Assembly (NCBI GenBank): GCA_967798035.1
Contig: CBRGOK010000001.1
Location: 1 to 35,507, forward strand
Origin: an uncultured bacterium
GTDB lineage: Bacteria; Planctomycetota; UBA1135; JAKEFM01
DNA: 35,507 nt
Direction: 5' to 3'
This document shows positions 24,411-30,273 of the stretch, piece by piece. Every line of letters starts with the position of its first letter. Position 1 is the stretch's first letter. The notes beneath the pieces are model-generated. The model worked only from the letters and a program-made list of their open reading frames with translations. It ran no database searches and had not been told where the DNA came from. Made by a program: the position numbers and the translations under genes.

Positions 24411-26987
24411 GTGAAGAAGATCCCGGTCGTGGCGCTGTTCGTCTCTCTCGCCTCCGCGGCCGGCCAGACGCCTCCTGTCCCCGGGACCCTCTCGGGGAAG
24501 CGGATCGTCATCTCCCCCGGCCACGGCCGGTACTGGCATTCGAGCCTCGGATGGATCTACCAGCGCCCGCTGATCAACGGGCTCGTCGAGGACGTCCACA
24601 CGAACGAGATCGCGATCGACCATCTCTACCGCTACCTCGAGGGGGCGGGGGCGAAGGTGATCACCTGCCGCGAGCGGGGCACCGTCCCCTTCGAGGCGAT
24701 CCGGGACAACGACCTCCCGGCGACGTACGCCGAGACCGGGACCTGGACGACGAGCGGGACCCCGGGCTACGCCGGGCTCACCTACCGCTTCGTCAACGCG
24801 AGCCCGACGGAGACCGCCACGGCGACCTGGGGCGCCGTCGTCCCGGCGGACGGGCTCTACCCGGTCTACGTCTTCTACCGCGACGGGGCGAACCGGGTGA
24901 CGGACGCGCTCTACCGGGTCCTTCACCCGGGCGGGTTGAGCGAGGTCCGGCTGGACCAGGAGATCGACGGGCTGCGCTGGAACTACCTCGGTTCCTGGAC
25001 CTGGTTCGCCGGCGACCTCGCGCAGGTGACCCTCTCGAACGAATCGGCCGAGGCGGGCGTCGTGATCGCCGACGCCGTCCGGATCGGGGCGGGGATGGGC
25101 TCGATCGTGCGCGGCGGGACGACAAGCGGGGACCCGCGCTGGAGGGAGTGCTCGCGCTACTTCGCCGAGTACTCCGGGGCCCCCGCGAGCGTGTGGGATC
25201 CCTGCGGACCCTCGAGCCAGGACAACTGCGACGACGTGACGGCGCGGCCGAACTTCGCCGAGTGGTGGGGGGCGGACGCCTTCGTCTCCCTGCACACGAA
25301 CGCCAGCCCGACCGGGACGGGGAGCGGGACGAGCACCTACATCTACAACGGCGCCGCCGGCGGGAGCGCGACGCCCGGCAGCGCGGCGCTCCAGGCCTCG
25401 ATCCACAACCGGATCGTCCAGGACCTCCAGGCGGAGTGGGACCCGACCTGGACGAACGGGGGGCTCCTCCAGGCGAACTTCGGCGAGGTGCGCGAGCTCG
25501 TGACGATGCCGGGCTGCCTGATCGAGCTCGCGTTCCACGACAACGTCGCCCTCGACAACCCCTACCTCCACGAGCCCGAGTTCCGGGAGATCTCCGGGCG
25601 GGCGATCTACCGGGGGATCGCGAGCTACTTCCTCCCGGGCGCGCCGTTCGTGCCGGAGCCGCCCGTCGAGGTGGCGATCCAGAATCAGGCCGACGGTGCG
25701 ATGAAGGTCCGCTGGTCGCCCGTCGCCGGGGCGACCGGCTACGTCGTCTACCGCTCGCCGGACGGCAAGGCGTTCGACGACGGGACGGTCGTGGCGGGGG
25801 GGGGGACGGGCGAGATCCCCCTGACGGGCGTCGCCCTCGGGGAGGTCGTGCACGCCAGGGTCGCCTCCTTCAACGCGGGGGGGGTCGGCCGCCCGACCGA
25901 GGTCGTCGCCGCCCGCGCCGCGAAGGGGGGGCCGGTCTCCGTCCTCCTCGTCTCGGGGTTCGACCGGCTCGACCCCTTCGTCCTCGAGCGGGACAACACC
26001 TTCGACTTCGAGCGCCAGCACGCCGCGGCGGTCGCCGCGGCGCTGGACGCGGGGTGGAACTTCGACGGCGCGAACAACGAGGCGGTGCCGGGCCTCCTCG
26101 CGCTCGCCCCCTACCGGATGGTCGACTGGATCCTCGGGGAGGAGTCGACCGTGGACGAGACCTTCTCCTCGGCCGAGCAGGCCCTCGTGGCCGCCTATCT
26201 CGCCGCCGGCGGCAATCTCTTCGCGACCGGCGCCGAGATCGGGTGGGACCTCGACTTCCTCGGGTCGGTCGCCGACCGGACCTTCTACGAGTCGACCCTC
26301 GGGCTGAACTACGTCGCCGACGACGCGAACACCCACTCGATCGCGCAGCCGCCGGCGGCCTCGTTCTTCGCCGGGATCCCGGGATTCACCTTCGACGACG
26401 GGACGCAGGGGACCTACGACGCGAACTTCCCCGACGTCCTCCTCCCCTCCTCCCTCCAGGGGGCGATCGTCCTCACCTACGCCAACGGGGGCGGGGCCGC
26501 GGTCCGCTTCGTGGCGCCGGGCTACCACGCGATCGGATTCGGATTCCCCTTCGAGACGATCGTCGAGGGCGGGCCGCGCAACGCCGTCATGGGGCGGGTC
26601 CTCGACGACCTCGCCCCGCTCCCGATCCCGCCCCAGGACCCGATCGCGCCGGGCGCCTCGCGCGCGATCCCGGTCAACCTCCCGGGCTCGGGGGGGCTCC
26701 CCTTCGCCGTGACCGGTTCGCTCGGGAGCTTCCCCGGCATCCCGATCGACGCGGGGCGGATCGTCCCCCTCAATCCCGATCCGCTCTTCTTCCTCCTCCT
26801 CGCGCCCGGGAACGGGGTCCTCTCCGGGAACGTCGGCACGCTCGACCCCGCGGGGCAGGCGACGATGACCCTCTCCATCCCGGCGATCCCGGGGATCTCG
26901 GGGCTCGCCCTCTACCTCGCCGGCGCCTCCTTCAACGGCGGCGCGCTGAACGAGCTGACAAACTGGGTCCGGGTCGCGATCCTCTGA
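24411..26987 (+). CDS. Secreted multidomain N-acetylmuramoyl-L-alanine amidase-like protein (split Amidase_3 + Fn3 + flavodoxin/GATase1-like domain + shared C-terminal module)
   Basis: GTG at 24411, with AGGAG upstream. Signal: KKIPVVALFVSLASAAG. Amidase_3 zinc/catalytic motifs: VISPGHG (H38), HTNE (E66), FVSLHTNA (H295), LIELAFHDN (E372). A roughly 150-aa insert lies between E66 and H295. Fn3-like: MKVRWSPVAGATGYVVYRS. Then VSVLLVSGFD...YRMVDWILGEES...YLAAGGNLFATGAE. Confidence 0.8.
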   Translation: MKKIPVVALFVSLASAAGQTPPVPGTLSGKRIVISPGHGRYWHSSLGWIYQRPLINGLVEDVHTNEIAIDHLYRYLEGAGAKVITCRERGTVPFEAIRDNDLPATYAETGTWTTSGTPGYAGLTYRFVNASPTETATATWGAVVPADGLYPVYVFYRDGANRVTDALYRVLHPGGLSEVRLDQEIDGLRWNYLGSWTWFAGDLAQVTLSNESAEAGVVIADAVRIGAGMGSIVRGGTTSGDPRWRECSRYFAEYSGAPASVWDPCGPSSQDNCDDVTARPNFAEWWGADAFVSLHTNASPTGTGSGTSTYIYNGAAGGSATPGSAALQASIHNRIVQDLQAEWDPTWTNGGLLQANFGEVRELVTMPGCLIELAFHDNVALDNPYLHEPEFREISGRAIYRGIASYFLPGAPFVPEPPVEVAIQNQADGAMKVRWSPVAGATGYVVYRSPDGKAFDDGTVVAGGGTGEIPLTGVALGEVVHARVASFNAGGVGRPTEVVAARAAKGGPVSVLLVSGFDRLDPFVLERDNTFDFERQHAAAVAAALDAGWNFDGANNEAVPGLLALAPYRMVDWILGEESTVDETFSSAEQALVAAYLAAGGNLFATGAEIGWDLDFLGSVADRTFYESTLGLNYVADDANTHSIAQPPAASFFAGIPGFTFDDGTQGTYDANFPDVLLPSSLQGAIVLTYANGGGAAVRFVAPGYHAIGFGFPFETIVEGGPRNAVMGRVLDDLAPLPIPPQDPIAPGASRAIPVNLPGSGGLPFAVTGSLGSFPGIPIDAGRIVPLNPDPLFFLLLAPGNGVLSGNVGTLDPAGQATMTLSIPAIPGISGLALYLAGASFNGGALNELTNWVRVAIL
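25796..25805 (+). repeat. G10 homopolymer inside the amidase-like CDS (codons GCG GGG GGG GGG)
   Basis: Counted directly: gtggcggggg|gggggacggg. It is the longest mononucleotide run I found in the window. Confidence 0.9.
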
Positions 26988-26995
26988 GCCGCCCC

Positions 26996-27739
26996 GTGAC
27001 CCGCCGCGCCGTCCTCCTCGATTTCGGCAACACCCTCGTCGGGGAGGTCTCCTCCTTCGAGGTCTACGACCCCGCCGCCGCCCCCGTGCTCGAGGCCCAC
27101 CTGTCGAGGCGGCTCGCCGACCGCGACGCGGCGAAGGTCGTCGCGCGGTTCCTGCGCCTGCGGCGCGAGGGGATCGGGCGCGCCCGGCGCACCTACGTCG
27201 AGGAGCCGGCCGCGGGCCACCTCAAGACGGCGTTCGAGACCGGAGGGCTCCACGCCCCGGCGCCGGAGGAGATCGAGGCGGCGCTCGACGTCTTCTGCGC
27301 GAAGGAGGAGGCCGCCTACCGGCCGGTCCCCGGCGCGCTCGAGGCGCTCGCGGCGCTGCGGGAGGCGGGGGTCCGCCTCGGGCTCGTCTCGAACAACACC
27401 TACCACGCGCCGATCGCCCGGACCCTCGAGCGGCTCGGGATGCGGCCGCACTTCGACGTGCTCGTCAGTTCGAGCGCCTTCGGGTTCCGCAAGCCCGACC
27501 CGCGGATCTTCCGCGCGGCGAGCGACTACCTCGGCGTCGACCCGCGGGACTGCGTCCACGTCGGGGACCTCCCGCTCGTCGACGTCGCCGGGGCTCGGGC
27601 GGCGGGGATGAAGAGCGTCCTCGCCCGCGTGGTCCCCTCCCTCGCCGGTGAGTCGCCTCCCGAGGGCCCGGAGCCCGACGCCGTCGTCGAGGACCTTCGC
27701 CGCCTCCCGGAGGCGGCGCTCGCCCTCCTCGCCCGTTGA
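26996..27739 (+). CDS. HAD-superfamily hydrolase (motif I = LLDFGNTL), paralogous in type to 227-964
   Basis: The GTG at 26996 lies 8 nt after the amidase stop. Motifs: LLDFGNTL, LVSNN, KPDPRIF, HVGDLPLVDVAGARAAG. Confidence 0.85.
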   Translation: MTRRAVLLDFGNTLVGEVSSFEVYDPAAAPVLEAHLSRRLADRDAAKVVARFLRLRREGIGRARRTYVEEPAAGHLKTAFETGGLHAPAPEEIEAALDVFCAKEEAAYRPVPGALEALAALREAGVRLGLVSNNTYHAPIARTLERLGMRPHFDVLVSSSAFGFRKPDPRIFRAASDYLGVDPRDCVHVGDLPLVDVAGARAAGMKSVLARVVPSLAGESPPEGPEPDAVVEDLRRLPEAALALLAR

Positions 27740-27789
27740 AGGGGACCGGGGAGGGCGTGGGAGAATCCCGGCGGACCCGGAGGGAATCC

Positions 27790-28329
27790 ATGACGGCGGA
27801 CCCGAGGACCGGGGAGATCCCCACGGCGGCGCGGCTGTGGCGGGAGCTCCCGAAGGAGGAGCGCGAGGCGCTCGCGCGGGCGTTCTTCGAGCAGAAGGAC
27901 CTCGCACCCGAGGCGGCGGGGGCCCTCGCGCGGGAGATCGGCCCGCGCCGCGGCTTCCGTGAGGCGGGCTTCCTGCGGCTTTCGCTCGACCTGCGCGTGA
28001 GGATGCTCGCCTCGACCCTCGACCTCCGGGAGGACGTCGCGGCGACCCTCCTCCTCGTCTTCCACATGGAGAGGCGCCGCCCGCTCCTCCGTCGGTTCCT
28101 CGACCTCGTCGGGATCCCGCACGAGGACGGGATGCTCGGGGAGGAGGAGAACCCCGTCGTCCCCTCGGTCGAGGTCGTCGCGAAGGCGACGGAGGCCCTC
28201 CTCGCCGAGTTCCCGGCGGCCGACGTGCGCCTCTACTACCGGGCCCTCCTCACGCAGGAGCCCTCCCGCTGGCGGGCGGTCGGGAGCGCGCTCTCCTCCC
28301 CCCCCCTCTCCCTCCCCCCCTCTCCGTAA
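27790..28329 (+). CDS. Hypothetical cytoplasmic helical protein (179 aa), no domain recognised
   Basis: GGAGGG lies 5 nt upstream of the ATG at 27790 (MTADPRTGEIPTAARLWRELPKEEREALARAFFEQ...). An alternative TTG at 27736 overlaps the HAD stop (TTGA). High GC3 and a non-junk composition support coding. Confidence 0.6.
   Translation: MTADPRTGEIPTAARLWRELPKEEREALARAFFEQKDLAPEAAGALAREIGPRRGFREAGFLRLSLDLRVRMLASTLDLREDVAATLLLVFHMERRRPLLRRFLDLVGIPHEDGMLGEEENPVVPSVEVVAKATEALLAEFPAADVRLYYRALLTQEPSRWRAVGSALSSPPLSLPPSP
28291..28325 (+). repeat. 35-nt pure pyrimidine (C/T) tract containing C9 and C7 runs, at the 3' end of the hypothetical CDS
   Basis: ctctcctccccccccctctccctccccccctctcc encodes LSSPPLSLPPSP. 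The complementary strand is all purine with G7/G3/G9 runs. Confidence 0.9.
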
Positions 28330-28470
28330 CCCGCGGGAAGGACCCCCCCTCCGGGGCTTCGGTCGGGGCGCCCTGGAGGCCGAAACAGGGAAGCCCCCGC
28401 TCGCTCGCATGGGAGCTCCCCTCGTCGTCGGCCCGGAGAACGCCCTCTCCATCCACCGGAGAGGCGCCCG

Positions 28471-30216
28471 ATGACGCTCTCGAAGCGGGAGCGCCTCGTC
28501 CTCGCGAGCTCCACCTTCTTCATCGGGGCCGTCGCGTTCGTCCTGACGCTGGTCGCGCGCAGGACGCCCGAGCTCGCCCGGCATCTGCCGCGGCGGGAAA
28601 TCACCGTCGTTCCCGGAGGGGAATGGCCCGTCGACACGCAGCCCGCGAGCCGTCCGGTCGAGGGAGGGGAGGGAAACCTCGAGCCCCCGGCCGAGCCTCC
28701 TCTCGAGGGGGACGGAGGTCGACCGGAGCCCGGGGAGCCGGCCGTCGCGAAGCCGAGCGGACCGGTGGGAACCCTCTCCGGCCGGATCACCGACGAGCGG
28801 GGGACGCCGCTGCGCTTCGCGTCGGTCACGCTCGCGATCGAGCGCCGCGAGGTCGACGACGAGGGGGAGGAGACGAAGGTCTCCTTCGAGAAGGTCGCGG
28901 ACTGCCGGGCGAACGCGAGCGGCGTCTATCGACTGGAGACGCGGATGGGAGGGGAGCTCACGGTCCGGGCGCTCGTCGCCGGCTACGAGGACGGGACCCT
29001 GCGGCGGAACTTCCCCGATCCCCCCTTCCAGACGCGCGTCGACCTCGCCCTGCGGACGCGCAAGGTCTCGCGCGTCCGGGGCAGGCTCCTCGACCTGGAG
29101 GGGGCGCCCCTTCGTCCGGTGAACCTCCTCTTCCTCTTCCCGGAGGCCGTCCGCGGCGCGGGCTCCCACCGCGTCCGCGATTTCTGGGGCGCCTCCGGGA
29201 TCTACGCGGCCGCCGAGGCGTTCTGCCCGGGCGCCTGGCGCGGGAGCGTCGAGGGGGAGCAGGCCGACATCGACCTCGAGACGGCCTTCTTCGAGGCGGA
29301 GGTGCCCGCGGGGTCCGAGCGGATCGTCACGGTGGTCTTCCGGGACCAGGCGATCGCGGAGAAGCGCTGGAAGAACGGCGATCCTCCCCTCGAGTTCCGG
29401 ATCGACGTCCCCGGGCTCAACCGCACGCTCGGGGCCCTCGAGCTCGACGTCCTCGACGCCGGGACGCTCCAGCCGGTGGCGGGCGCGGAGGTCTCGTTGC
29501 GGAAGCTGGTCGGCGACTTCGGGATGCGCGCCCTCCACACCGGGTCCTCCCAGCCCTCGCTCCTGGCGCGGGGCCTCCCGCCGGGCCCCTACGCCGCCGA
29601 GGTGCTCGCCCCGGACTACGCGGCGGCGGCCGCCCGGGTCGAGGTCCCCCCCTTCGGGAACGTGCGGGCGGTCGTCGAGCTCGCGCGGCGCGCGACGGTG
29701 CGGCTCAATCTCGTGCCGGTCGACGGCTGGCTGCCGGAGCGCGAGAGCTTCGAATTCGAGTACCGCAACGTGGCGGGCCTGCGCCTCCCCTGCCCCGGCG
29801 AGCTCGACGAGAAGGGGGAGAGCGTGCGGCTCGGCGCCGCCCCGCCGGGGTCGGGCTTCCTCGTCCTGGCGGGGAACGCGCTTCGCCTCGAGCTCGCGAG
29901 CGGCGAGAACTCCGACAGGGGCTTCCCCCTCCGCCGCCCCCGCCGCCTCAAGGTCCGGTTCCGGCCGCGGCCGGAAATCCTCGGGCCGCAGCGCTCCGTC
30001 GTGTGCGAGGCGCGCCTGCTCGGGCCGGGAGGGATCCCCGTCGTCGAGACGGTCTACCGCGCCGCGCGGCGGGCCGACGGCCGCTGCCTCGTGTCGCTCG
30101 ACGCGCCGCCCGGGATCTACACCCTCGAGCTCAGCGCCTGCCGAGGCAAGCTCGTCCGCGGCATGGTCCAGATCGGCGAGGAGCCCGTCTCCGAGACCCT
30201 CGTCGACTCGCCGTAG
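28471..30216 (+). CDS. Single-pass membrane-anchored protein with repeated carboxypeptidase-regulatory-like (CarboxypepD_reg/Ig-like) domains
   Basis: GGAGAGG lies upstream of the ATG at 28471. TM anchor: LVLASSTFFIGAVAFVLTLVA. Repeated modules of the type GTLSGRITDERGTPLRFASVTL...GVYRLE, RVRGRLLDLEGAPL, LDVLDAGTLQPVAGAEVSL...PPGPYAAEVLAPDY, PPGIYTLELSA. Confidence 0.65.
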   Translation: MTLSKRERLVLASSTFFIGAVAFVLTLVARRTPELARHLPRREITVVPGGEWPVDTQPASRPVEGGEGNLEPPAEPPLEGDGGRPEPGEPAVAKPSGPVGTLSGRITDERGTPLRFASVTLAIERREVDDEGEETKVSFEKVADCRANASGVYRLETRMGGELTVRALVAGYEDGTLRRNFPDPPFQTRVDLALRTRKVSRVRGRLLDLEGAPLRPVNLLFLFPEAVRGAGSHRVRDFWGASGIYAAAEAFCPGAWRGSVEGEQADIDLETAFFEAEVPAGSERIVTVVFRDQAIAEKRWKNGDPPLEFRIDVPGLNRTLGALELDVLDAGTLQPVAGAEVSLRKLVGDFGMRALHTGSSQPSLLARGLPPGPYAAEVLAPDYAAAAARVEVPPFGNVRAVVELARRATVRLNLVPVDGWLPERESFEFEYRNVAGLRLPCPGELDEKGESVRLGAAPPGSGFLVLAGNALRLELASGENSDRGFPLRRPRRLKVRFRPRPEILGPQRSVVCEARLLGPGGIPVVETVYRAARRADGRCLVSLDAPPGIYTLELSACRGKLVRGMVQIGEEPVSETLVDSP

Positions 30217-30235
30217 CCCTCCGCCTCGCGCCGCG

Positions 30236-30241
30236 CATAAT
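30236..30241 (+). promoter_or_regulatory. -10-like hexamer CATAAT
   Basis: An AT island 32 nt upstream of the ATG at 30274. No clear -35. Confidence 0.25.
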
Positions 30242-30273
30242 CCCAAGTTCCCCGGACGACCGGGAGAACCGCC

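Noticed and set aside
27790-30216. Idea that the 179-aa helical protein and the downstream single-pass membrane protein form an ECF sigma / anti-sigma pair.
   Set aside because: The small protein shows no sigma region 2 or region 4 motifs and no HTH. The membrane protein has only about 10 cytoplasmic residues before its TM segment, too short for an anti-sigma domain.
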